The position numbers were made by a program, and so were the translations under genes. 64,000 nt of DNA from the NCBI GenBank assembly GCA_028023455.1, contig JAQFVV010000002.1, positions 1,674,001 to 1,738,000 of the forward strand, in the 5' to 3' direction. The DNA comes from Epiperipatus broadwayi. Lineage: Eukaryota; Animalia; Onychophora. Each line of letters begins with the position of its first letter. Positions within the stretch are counted from its first letter, which is position 1. Below are positions 52,370 through 64,000 of this stretch, piece after piece. Under the pieces are notes generated by a model. It was not told the origin of the DNA and did not search any database. It saw only the letters and a list, made by a program, of their open reading frames with translations.

Positions 52370-54940
52370 ATCATGGATTATTTTAATTAATAAAATTAGA
52401 TTAATTAATAATGTACCATATCTTATATAAATATGTACTCAATAACATTGCATACATTTATATGATAACACTGAAACTCTCAAAAACTAGATAGCAAATA
52501 TAAAAAGGGATTTATATATAGTAATTAAATCAGATATTTTGTGTAATTCCCTTATTCCTATGCAATAAAAATTCCTGCAAAAAATATATTTTCTGTATTT
52601 CTTTAATATTTTTCTTGTTACATTTTAATAAAAAAAAAAGATTGTATTAATAATTTTTATTAATCATTCATTAAATTAGAAATTATCTACTTAGTGAATA
52701 ATATTTCTGAAATGTAATTTTCATTACATTATTCTCATGTTTTTTGGTCATATGTTTATGATGACACTCTCCACAAGGTTTTAAAAGTGGATAAAAACCA
52801 GTTCCTACCTGGTATGAGAGTGATGTAGTGGAAATTACACTACAGCAATATTATTCATTAAATATAAGGATATTATTCATTTTAAAAAGTTCAGTATAAA
52901 TCCAAACAGATAATATAAAAAATAAACTGTTTATACTAAATATGGCTATATGATACCTATATTACTACAATATATAAAACCTCAAAATATAAAATTTTGC
53001 TAGGTACATATTGTTGCTGCATTTATAATTCATGTTTTAATGTCTAAAGTCCATTTTCATTACTTAATGATAAAAATGTTCAATGAAAATTTAAGCTTTT
53101 AATGATTTTAATACAGTAATTGAAAACCATTTCACAGAATAATATTTAAGTTGTTGCTATCATACCTAGATGTCTACAGCATTCTGCTTTTCAAAAAAAA
53201 AATAGATTAAATATCTAAGAGAAAATACTTTTCATTATATGAACAAAATAAACTATTATTTGCTATGGTATTGGAAGACAAACACATTTTGTGTGTGTTT
53301 ACTATAGACTATTTTTAAAATTATTAAATATTTATTTCTTAATAACTATATGACATTTACCTGTATTTTTTGTTTATATAAAATTAGCATCATAAAAAGT
53401 ATGTAGTGTTAAACTGTAAATACTCATTATCTATAACTTTATTATTACTACTTTTTATATTTTTAATTGAGAAAATTGTTTTTTTAATATATTTTTGCTA
53501 GTTAAGTATGCTTTAAAAAAATTTGTCTAATATATATATATGATGAAAAATAGTTTTTTATTTACCCTTTGATTATTAATTCTGGGTATTAACCGGCATA
53601 ATGCTATCTGTTCTGCTTAATTCACAATTATGGGATTGTTTGTGATTTGTTATTTTAGAAATATTCAATTACTCTTTCTGGTTTTGTCCTAATTAATTAT
53701 TTATGTTTCATGATAATTAATCTATATTTTGACTTTCTTTTTTGTTGCTAGATCTCAGATCTAATCAAAGAAAAAAGTTCTAAATTCACTCACTTTTTGC
53801 ACAATGTAATGAGAGCTTTTCATGTTAATTTTGTGATGATGAAAAGTAATTTTTAATTTAATTTAAAAACTTTTTTTATTTCAATATATTTCTATTTATA
53901 ATAACAATAAAATAAAAATATTTTAATTTTTTTATAAATCCTAAGGTTTTTTAATGATAAAAAAATCCATACAGTGAGTCAATATATATATTGGCTGGAA
54001 TATTAGACATACTTTTTTATTTCTTAATATAAATATTTTATCAATTTTAAAATTATTTTAATTTTATACTTTCACATCTTTTAAAATATTAATTATTATA
54101 GAAAATAATTTAATTTTTTAGAAACTCTTTTCAAATTAAAGACTACATATATATAAAACATTAAAACTAACAATTTAAGCTTTGACTTATTTATATTTTA
54201 TCTTAAATGAAAATGTTAAATAAATGTTTTAAAGTAAAAACTAATTTAAAATTCTCTGTGTTAGTAATATTATTACTATTTTTTTTTTTACAAAGTTTAT
54301 CATTTATTTGTAAAAAATACTTTTATTATTTGACTTGTGCTTTTGAAAAAAAAAATTATCATATTTTATTTCATTGAAAAATTCATTGCAGGAATAATAC
54401 GTAAAAAAAAAATTAGAAAAAAAAATTAATGGATAAGTTTCAAAGCATGCTTAAAATTTTAATTTTATATGTGTGGAATTTGATCAAACAATGTTCTATT
54501 TAATATATTTTAATAATTATATTTTTAAAAATTAAAATAAAAACAACTTTTAAACCAGCTAAATAAAAACTAAAAAAGTTTTGAATTTTTGTTATTTTTT
54601 TGTTAATAATATATTATATTCATGTATTGTAACCTCAAAAACTGAGAACTTTTTATAGATATATATAATTTAAAAACAGTTTGTCAAAAGTGAATAATAT
54701 GTCCTTATTCACATTATAGACAATTCAATTCTAGGAAATGTGAAATGGATTGCCAAAATCCTACATTCAACCTATATTCAATATTTGTGCTAAATAGTTA
54801 TTGTTCATAGATAAAATTTAATTTTTAGAAAACATTTGAAAAATAAAATCTAAAAACAGATATAATTAATTTTAAAACTTTATGAATCTATTTATATAAT
54901 GATTAAAAAAGTTGCATTATGGTATTAAAATATTTATTCG

Positions 54941-55222
54941 TATGCAAATATTAAATCACCTCACATGGTTAAGAAATCCAGTACTTCCCTCTGTGAACTA
55001 ATATATAAATACATTAGAGTTCTTATTTCAAAATAGCCAGCTCAAAATGATACCACTTTGAACTGTACACTATTAGATCTTAAATATTGAAATACGAACT
55101 AATTCAAACATATTAGTTCACAGAGGGTGGTACTGGATTTCTTAACCATGTGGGGTGATTTAATATTTGTATATTTATTTCAGTATAGCGTTATACACTG
55201 GGAATATTTTATTCATATGTGT
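54941..55222. mobile_element. Long-hairpin element with 3' extension, copy 2
   Basis: Highly similar to 20162-20392, with about 70 bp of different sequence in the loop region. Confidence 0.85.
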
Positions 55223-56795
55223 ATTGTCATTTAATTATATTATACATGAAAAATGAATGGATATGTATTTTAATTTTAAATTATAATTATTAATGATACA
55301 GAATATCAATATAATTTTTTATTAAATTCAAAATATAAAAGATATTATTATCTAAAATCTGTTTGCATATTCAAAACATTTATAAGTAAAAATTTTAATA
55401 GTTGTTTCAAGTCAATGAGATAACAGTAATAAAATATTAATAAATATTTTTGATATCTATTGTTATGATTGAAATCCTGGATAGCTTCTTAAAACAAAGA
55501 TAAATCTGTATCAAATTAAAATATGATTAAATAAATAATTGAACACAAATAGATTTAAAGTAGTAAACAAACATATTTTAAAATAGGATTAACAAAGATT
55601 TAGACTTCAACTAATATGTTTTTATTATATAGGCACATGTATCAGCATTTATATCTAAACTAAACAGTGATTTATGTTTATCATCCCCAATAATGAATCT
55701 AACAAATGGCAAGAAAATAAGTCTAATAAAATAACTGAAACAAAATCATTGACTTTTATAATTGTTAAGATGGGTATGGAAATTACTTTGAAAATGTCTA
55801 AGTGTTTTGATTCTTGTTTTATTTATTTGTATAATGTGGATGTGACTAGTTATGAAATTAAAGGTAAATATACTTTGCATGAGTGGTGTCTTTAAATATT
55901 TTTTCATGTGTGCACAACATAAATATAGTTTACAATATACAATGGTTTCTTGAAGAATATGTTGTTTTGAAAGAGAACAGGTGAAATGAAACATTGATCA
56001 AGAATATAAAACACAGCATGAGGCAACTTTCTTTTTTTATTTTATTGTGCCATAAAATATAATGTGAAACATTATTGACATGATTTAGTTGAAATCTAAA
56101 TCCTTATTACTAAATGTTAAATCAATAATACATGAAAAGGGTTTTAAAATGTTCTCTAAATTAGATTACATTGAACTTTTACATGTATAGATTACAGAAA
56201 TATATTTGTGAAGTTATCAGCCAATGAATGTATTATAATCAACTATTACATATAAAAATTTAAAGATACATGTAAAGAATAATATTCTCCGATCTTTAGG
56301 GTTATTGATATTTGTATTGTTAGATAAGAATGTTGCATATCTTCCATAAACTTATCAGTTCAAATTTATATTATTAATTCGTTTTATTTATATAATATCT
56401 CTATTAAACTGTTTTTTTTTTTTGCTCCTGTCTATGCCAAGAACGCAATTGCTTAACACAAAGTTATCAATTTTAAAAAGAAATTCATATTATATATACC
56501 CCACATATCAATAACCAGTAACTATCAGTAGTAGCCAATTTGGAATGTAACAAGTATTTTTTAAAATAAATAAATAAAATGAAGTTCATAAACTCAATCT
56601 TGTGTTGAAATTCATCTCTTAATATTTTAAATATATATATTTGAGTAATAATAAAACAACTTCTTAAATCGATTAACATTTCTTTTTTTATTATTAGAAT
56701 GAAAAATTAAATGATCAAACGTGAAAAATGTAAAACAGACCGAAGAGAATAAAAAGGGAAGCAACAGAAAATACTTATACTTTATTGTTTATTTA

Positions 56796-56859
56796 TTAAC
56801 TTAATGTTATTAGAAGAAATATTTCTTTAACTTAATGTTATTAGAAGAAATATTTCTTT
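56796..56859. repeat. 31 bp tandem duplication
   Basis: ttaacttaatgttattagaagaaatatttct occurs twice. Confidence 0.95.
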
Positions 56860-57365
56860 TATGAAAACTAATGTTGACTCACTATATATTTTTTATAAAT
56901 ATATAACAAAAACTACTTGAAGATCTTCACCTTGAAAAATGGCATTCTGCTATGGTAATACTTTTCCAGGGGAATATTTATTTATTTATAAAATTATAGA
57001 GATGAAGAATTTTCATTTTATTTATCATCTGTCTCATTCTATATTTAATATAGATATTTGATTATATTGGAAATATAAACACAGAAATAAGGAGTATGAA
57101 GAATTAATTATTTTTCCTATTCTATCCCGGATTTACTGTAAATCTAGTTGTTCTCCACTGAAGAATTATTTAACAATAAAAGGTTAATTTATAAGATTGA
57201 AATCTCTTTATTGACATGCAATATTTAAACTGGAAATAAAAGATAAAATATTTATTTATGGAAACTGGCATTGCATCAACTTATGTCAGCTTCCTTATTA
57301 AAGTCATTCAATTTCAGATTCCACCATATCTTAAGATCAGGGTTATTTTTTGATACAATGATTAA

Positions 57366-57837
57366 CACTCCAACACTGGTTTATTGAATAAAGAAAATAC
57401 TCTCAATCCAAAGCACAAGACAAAACATTTAAAAGATAAAAATGGGCAATATTATCCTTTTTACCTAAATTTATTTATATAGACAAATCTAAAGCACTTT
57501 AGAAAAAGACATGCAGATCTTAAATGGATCAAATTACTTCTTTAAATCTATATTTTAAATTGCTTTATATATTTTAAATGACATTGACAATTTTTTTTTC
57601 AATTTCCAGTTTGTCAATATTAGATGAAATAACAAAGTATGTTAATATAAACTTTTCCAAAAAGCAATTTGATTAATTTAACATCTTCATATTTTTTATC
57701 CAAACTGCTTTAAATTTATCTTTATAAATGAATTTAGGTAAAAATGATAAAATGGTCCATTCTTATTTTTTCAAAAGTTTTATCTTGTGCTTTGTATTGA
57801 AAGTATTTCATTTACTCAGTAAATCAATGTTGGAGTG
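57366..57837. mobile_element. TTAA-flanked foldback element (piggyBac-like MITE) with about 175 bp arms
   Basis: TTAA|cactccaacactgg...atcaaatt and aatttgat...caatgttggagtg|TTAA. Arms about 57366-57538 and 57662-57837 are colinear reverse complements. Confidence 0.78.
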
Positions 57838-59249
57838 TTAATTTAATTATTATATAATATTAACTACTGGGAAAATATATATATATATATTGTAACTATA
57901 AACGTAGCCCTGTGGATTAAATATAATCTGTAATGTTTTATTTTTTTTACTAAAATAAACTTCATTGTTATTAAGCTATAAATCTTAACTATGTGTTCTA
58001 ATGAAGTGTTTTAAATTATTGCAATGAATAAAGTTTTTGTTGCTGGTTGTAAAGTATAATTTATTTGTGTTAAAATTTCTATATTTGATAGTTTTCAAAA
58101 TAATCTATATTTTAAGTAGTATTTTAAGAGGCATTAGTTAATATAACATTTGTTTAAAGTTAGAATTTAAAAAAATATTATGCTTAAAGATTGGAATGTT
58201 AAAAGAGGTTTTAAATTAAATAATTTTTTCTAATTAGTTTAGTTTCATTGCTTTTAAGATATTGGTTATATCTAGTGTATAGGTGTGAGTATTTGTGCAT
58301 GTTTCTTGAAAGATTGAAAAGTTTAGAAAGGGATTATTAAAAGTTATATTTATAAAAAGAATACTTTAGAGTGGAAAATATTGTTTATTTTGAATAAAAT
58401 AAAGATTTTATTTTAATTAAATAATTTTTATTTAAGTTAGTAAATGATTTATTTAACAAATAAATGAAATTAATAAAAATCATCATGTGATACTTAACAG
58501 TCTAGACATGATGTGTTTAGACATTTTTAATTAATAAGTTTAATGTCAAAAGTTGATAAATAAATGACCTAGAAAATTAGGAAAATTACAAATATACAAA
58601 TGTTTAAGAATGCTACTCTCATACTTCAATTAGCTTAGTTGAATTATGTAATGTGACCGACATTGCAGTACAATTTGAATGTGCTCAGATATTTATAAAA
58701 AAGAAAACTGGAAAAATTACTTACATCATTACCTTCAAAATTTATCTTTATTATTTTTATTTAATCAGTTTTAAAAGTTTTCTGTTCATCTCATTTAAAA
58801 TTGTTTATTATTTTATCAATTTAAATGTCTGTGTAAGAACTTAAACTTATTCTTGACATGCTGCTTTACTATACATGTTTCATCCATTCATTCAGCAATA
58901 ATTCACTGAAAAATGCAACAATAACATTATTTTTTAAAGAAAATTATGGAACAGAAAAAGTTATTGGGTACAAATAAGATATCAAAATATATGCATGTTT
59001 ATTTTATCCTACTATAAATTTTTTAGTTAATTCAAACTTTTTGGCTTAACTATTGCTTGTAATACTTAAATGTATGACTTTTAAATTTGTTATTGATAAT
59101 AATTCCAATTATTAATGGAATTACTTTGTTATATCTTGATAAAGATTTTACTTTAAAATAAATAATTTATGCAGGATAATATAATTAATGAAAGACAATT
59201 ATTCTTAATTTTATTTGAAATGAGTTTAAATCTAAAAACTATTATGTTT

Positions 59250-59560
59250 ATCAAATCAGAAGAATTAAAATAATTAATCGTTTAAAAAGTATTGACAGTC
59301 TTCAAAACAAGACAAATACAATAGTATTAAACTGCCCTACATAATTTTAATGAAGAAAAAGATCAGCAAGATTGATTTCCTTGATACTTTAGAAAAGACT
59401 TTAACTGGTTTTTTTTTCTGTTAATACACATAAAATACTTTGGTGTTATAATTATTCATTCCAAATTCTTTTATCTATTTATTTAAAGTGTATTTTACTG
59501 CTTTGATAAAGAATGAAATGATACAAGTTTACTTGCTGTTTTAATATTAACAAAATAATG
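59250..59560 (+). mobile_element. Possible decayed PLE RT thumb remnant
   Basis: EEK..KIDFLDT-like and Y..HS-like fragments. Confidence 0.25.
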
Positions 59561-61399
59561 TTTAACTTTATAAAGGAACGGTCTATTAATTGTTAATATC
59601 ACTCTACTATACTTGTTCTCAGCTCATTTTTCTCTAAATGTATATTTCAGTTGTGAACATGGCTGGCAAAGAATTCCTACCCTGGATTGTTGGGTATATT
59701 ATTTCATATACCATAATGAAAAACTGTGTTGCATTATATTTCATTAAAGAAAATAACAAAAGGACTCCTCAATTAAAAGAGTTAATTTCTTTTTAAAATG
59801 AAAGAACTTTTAATCCTTATTTTAAATGGGTAAATTAATATTGTATATATTTATGTTTTTACAGATTTGAAATTATTTTTATTACATAATTTATAATTTA
59901 TGACTTATTCTTATTTATTATTATTATTTATGATATTATAAAATATATTTATAATGATGTTCATATATGAAATGGATTTGGTAAGAAATATTTAGGTAAC
60001 AGGTTTACTTTAGGAGCTATTATTGTTATTGAGAATTCTTGTCATTGTTATTTCAGTATAATAGAATGCATTGTCATATCTGGTTTAAAAACAGCCTTTT
60101 ATATTTGATATGTGATGATGAATTAAAATGATTTGGAAGTCTGTGCATGAATTTAGATAGTGTTTAAAATTTTAATGTTCAATATCATTAGGCAATTTAT
60201 AGTGTGTCAGTTTACACATATTGTTAGATCAAGTAGAAGTGTTATTATGCTTATCAATGGGTGTGAGCTGATTATTTATTCATCATTATTACTAATATTA
60301 TCAAATCTATGCCTTGTGGTGTTATTAATTGGTATGCTGATTGGAGACCGGTAGCAACTTAGACATTTTTATGTGGATATTTTTATTGCTTTTGTATGTG
60401 TTAAATCTTTCTATGAAAGAGACTGTGGCTCACTGGTTTTCAGCACTGCCTGCCCAAAGTTACAGGATGCCTTTATATATATTTTTTTATCATCCACTTT
60501 GCCTATAACTTAAGATTCTTGTGTATTTTTAACATATGAGCATATTTTAAGACGTCCATCTTTTAAATTATTTTATTAGCTCTTCTGCAATTTAAATTTA
60601 AGTATATTGATAGTATTGAGCATATTTATTTCTTCACTTCTCATAGGTATTAATAGAATTGGATTGTTTTATTTATTTTAGCATAATATTTTATCTTTAT
60701 AAAATCTATAAGGAGTGCATTACCACACTGATTTTCCAGCATCAGTAGTCTTGTAAAGTGTTTAATCTCATACTAGTGACTTGTATATAGGCATATATGT
60801 GTGTTATTTTGCTATGTGTACATAAGCATAAGAGAGATTGTATCAGATAAAATATGAGAACTTCTTGAGTAATATAAATTGATTTTATTATAATTTTTGA
60901 AGGAATGCTTCAGAAAAGAATATTTCCCTGTAAAACATACCTTTATTTTTGTTAGTACAATTTGATAAATTAAAAGTAATATTAGTTGTAAATATTTACT
61001 GTATTAAATACTATATTATTTTGTAAATAAATATTTTTGCAACTATATTATATTACTTGTTTGAATTATTGTTTGTAGTTGTGTGTTCCCCACTTTAATC
61101 ACTTTTTATCAACACTGGATCTTGCATCATTATTGTTATAGTTATAAAATGTCTTTAAGAATAATGGATAAACTATAAAATGTCATAAGTTGATGAGAAC
61201 AAGAAGAGAAAAAGATTTATCACAAAAGATGTTTATTAAATATAATGGAATGATTTAATATTCCTGATAGTAATAATAAAAGAGATCACTAGAATATAAA
61301 ATGCATATTTTGATTATGAAAGGACGGATGAGAGTGACATCTGAATGATATTAATATGATGCAAACTGATCTAAATAAATATGATACATGTAATTAATT

Positions 61400-61706
61400 T
61401 TAGATTATTTGAAATATTCTGCTTATTGTAATGAGAAGCAGGCTGGCCATGTGTTTGAACCTGGCAACCCCAAGATAGTATGCTCTGAAGCCAATGACTG
61501 CAAAAGAAAAATCAAGGAGGCGTATTTCGTTATCAGTGATAACAATTCCATCAATAGACGCGACACGTGTTTTTCTATCTCAAAAAAATGGACTAACTAA
61601 TTTGCATTCACATTTGCATATTTTATTAGTTAGCAACATTACATAAATGATTTATAACTTATGTTGGCCATGAATATGAGGGAAAACCTCGAAAGCGCTC
61701 GGTCCA
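61400..61706 (+). mobile_element. 3' fragment of a second Penelope-like element (GIY-YIG C-terminus + HHR)
   Basis: Translation GHVFEPGNPKIVCSEANDCKRKIKEAYFVISDNNSINR matches the PLE endonuclease C-terminus. It is followed by a hammerhead motif. Confidence 0.82.
61665..61706 (+). ncRNA. Degenerate minimal hammerhead ribozyme
   Basis: tggcc-ATGAATA-T-GAGG-gaaaa-CCTC-GAAA-GCGC-TC-ggtcca. The core is mutated from CTGAAGA; stems II and III are intact. Confidence 0.65.
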
Positions 61707-63324
61707 TTTAATTGTTTTGGTTTTTGCAGCTTCTTCATCAGTGGGTAAATCACATTTGTATGCTGTAATGAAAAAGGTAAATTAAGTACAATAAAGTTAT
61801 AGATTATTATAGAAATTTTATAGTAGATAACTTGCAAAATAGAAAACGTATTTTCACTAACGGATATATTTTTCTTACTACCATATGATAATATTGATGA
61901 GTTACTTGGATAATAAAGGTAAATTTTTTTGTTGAAATATGTATAAAATTAAATGTTTTTTTTCTAGAAATAATTTTATGTAGTAAATTCTAGTAGTTAT
62001 TAATATGTTTTTGAAATAATATTAATGATGAATATTAATATGATAAACTTTAAAAGATGGTAACAGTATTACCATTAAACTGTGTTATGTTTTATATTTT
62101 TATAATAAATAGTTGGAGTGTAAACTATTTAATATTTATTTATTTATTGTGTAAATATATATTTTTTTGAATATAAATTTTTGTCTTTAAAATTTTTGAA
62201 TATCTAGATTTATGTAATATTATGGTTTGTAAAGTTTAAATAATGTTTTCTTAAAATAAATTTGTTAATGTTGTTTTAAATTTATATTACGTCTTGAGAG
62301 TTTCATTACTTGTTATATCCAAGTGATTATGGATCTTCTTAACAACACATATGCATTATAGGAATTAATTATATATTTACATTAACGCACATGATCTATA
62401 AAAGATGAATTATAATTGTTAAGATTATAGTTGTGGAAAGTATTATTACTAAACATGAAAAGTGTATAATGCCGATTTATTAATTATCTGGTATGATAAT
62501 GACAATTAAGTTTGATAAAGAATAATAAAACTGAAAATATTTAAAACTTATTGAAAATAATGAATATTTTGTTTATAAGAGTCTATAATTTTAACTGTGT
62601 TTATGGGCCAGATTGAGTAGATGTGTTTCATGATAAGAGTCTAGAGATATTTTATTTTGTTTATTATTGTTAGATAATTATTAGAATAAGATGAACCTGA
62701 GATAATAATAATTTAAAGAGCTAGATTAAGGTGCTAATATGTTGGAAAATTTATGCAGTGATTTATTTTTATATTAAATAGTAGAGTATTAAATATTTTA
62801 GTGAATTAATGTAATTTTGTAATTGTTAATTAGAATTTTCTTGGTATAATATGTGAGTCATGGGAAAATTACAGATAGTTTTTTTAAGTAGGTAGGGGGT
62901 GATATTCCTATGCCATTGGGGATGTATCTTTTGGATATGTTTTTAATGTCAAAAGTACTGTGTACCTTGCTAAATGCTTTGTGTTGAATCTCATAATTTT
63001 TTAGTATTTTTATCAAAACATTTTTATTAGTGAAGTAATCTACTCATATTTTAAATTAATGTAATGATGAATGAGCTGGATATTTGATTTGAATCTTAGT
63101 TACTTGTTATTTAATTTGTTTTAACTTTAATAATGGTTACAACTTTAAATTGTCTTAAAATATTTCTCATCATACGATCTTAACACTGACTCGTTGTAAA
63201 TCAAAAGATTTCACAAACGTTAGTGTGTAATAGAAATTGTGGACTTAATCAATGAGATATTTAATAGCCTCACACTCTCAAATCAAAATGCTTTAGATTC
63301 ACCTATATAATTAAAAAGTAGGTT

Positions 63325-63480
63325 GAAGATAAGAGTGGCCACTCTTGTCTTTTAAAGTTGTTAATCTTGTGTTAAGATTTTTAGAGGTCCCTACTATCAT
63401 ATTCAGGTGAATAGTCTTAATATATATTACTTTATGTAATGAGTATGCACTTAACAAATTAGTAGTTACAACATTAAATA
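63325..63480. mobile_element. Partial copy of the 11.4 kb foldback family
   Basis: gataagagtggccactcttgtcttttaaagttgttaatctt...gaggtccctact...tagtcttaatatatat...gtatgcacttaacaaatt matches 11466-11625. Confidence 0.75.
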
Positions 63481-64000
63481 AATTATTTTAAGTGATAACT
63501 GTTATTTTTTAGAAGTATTTTAGAGATTTGAATGAGTTGGTTAAAGTACTATATTAATTAGCTGTTGTTTAAATAATTTGATTAAGTAATAAGTTGTGAC
63601 AGAGAGCTAGAAGTAGTACTTTGGAGTTTAGCCAAAGAGTCTTTATGTCTAGTGTTGTAAGAGTAAGATTGCAATATATATATACACTACAAAATTAAAT
63701 ATGCTTATATAAAATTAAACATAAAATTTTCACTATAACCAACTTACAGCATTTTATGCCATCTTGTGTGTAACATTTTATGCCATTTATAAAGTAGCTG
63801 GATGTAGAACATTGTTGTTTAGAAATGATGTTTTATGTAAATATCAAAAATGATAAAATGTCTACTTTTGAAAGATATGTTAATGATTCATTGACAGTAG
63901 GATATAGTAGAAAAAAATATTTTATGTCTATTCTCTAAGTTTGGAACTAATTGGAGGAAAGATAATATGAAAAAGAAAATATGAATAGCATTGCATTATA

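Noticed and set aside
59651-59693. Possible small exon tttcag|ttgtgaacATGGCTGGC...GG|gtatat (MAGKEFLPWIVG)
   Set aside because: The donor is weak, the peptide has no recognisable homology, and it lies next to decayed TE sequence.
1-64000. CRISPR arrays, rRNA genes or prokaryotic operons
   Set aside because: No regularly spaced repeat-spacer arrays or rRNA-like sequence; the DNA is clearly eukaryotic.

Overview
Very AT-rich, CpG-depleted genomic DNA from an invertebrate-type animal. The only confidently identified host gene is an intact, intronless vesicular acetylcholine transporter (VAChT/SLC18A3/unc-17, 16665-18317, +). Upstream of it is a CpG-retaining region with an ATG and strong splice donors that could be the shared first exon of the cholinergic locus. 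I found no ChAT coding exon in the 45 kb downstream, and a second CpG-rich promoter-like island lies at about 47.7 kb. The rest is mobile DNA: two Tx1/L1-like LINEs, a Penelope-like element (PLE; RT + GIY-YIG) with a minimal hammerhead ribozyme (HHR), further PLE/LINE remnants, a Buster/Charlie hAT deletion derivative, several foldback/MITE elements and microsatellites. Two tRNA-derived families stand out. Family A has four TSD-flanked, A-tailed tRNA-Gly(UCC)-derived SINEs whose anticodon reads TGC. Family B has four copies of a composite element joining a tRNA-like head to a hammerhead-bearing, Penelope-type tail; one copy has a TSD and two form a head-to-head palindrome. Family B is my best candidate for an undescribed system. 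All assignments are by eye; no database searches or folding programs were run.
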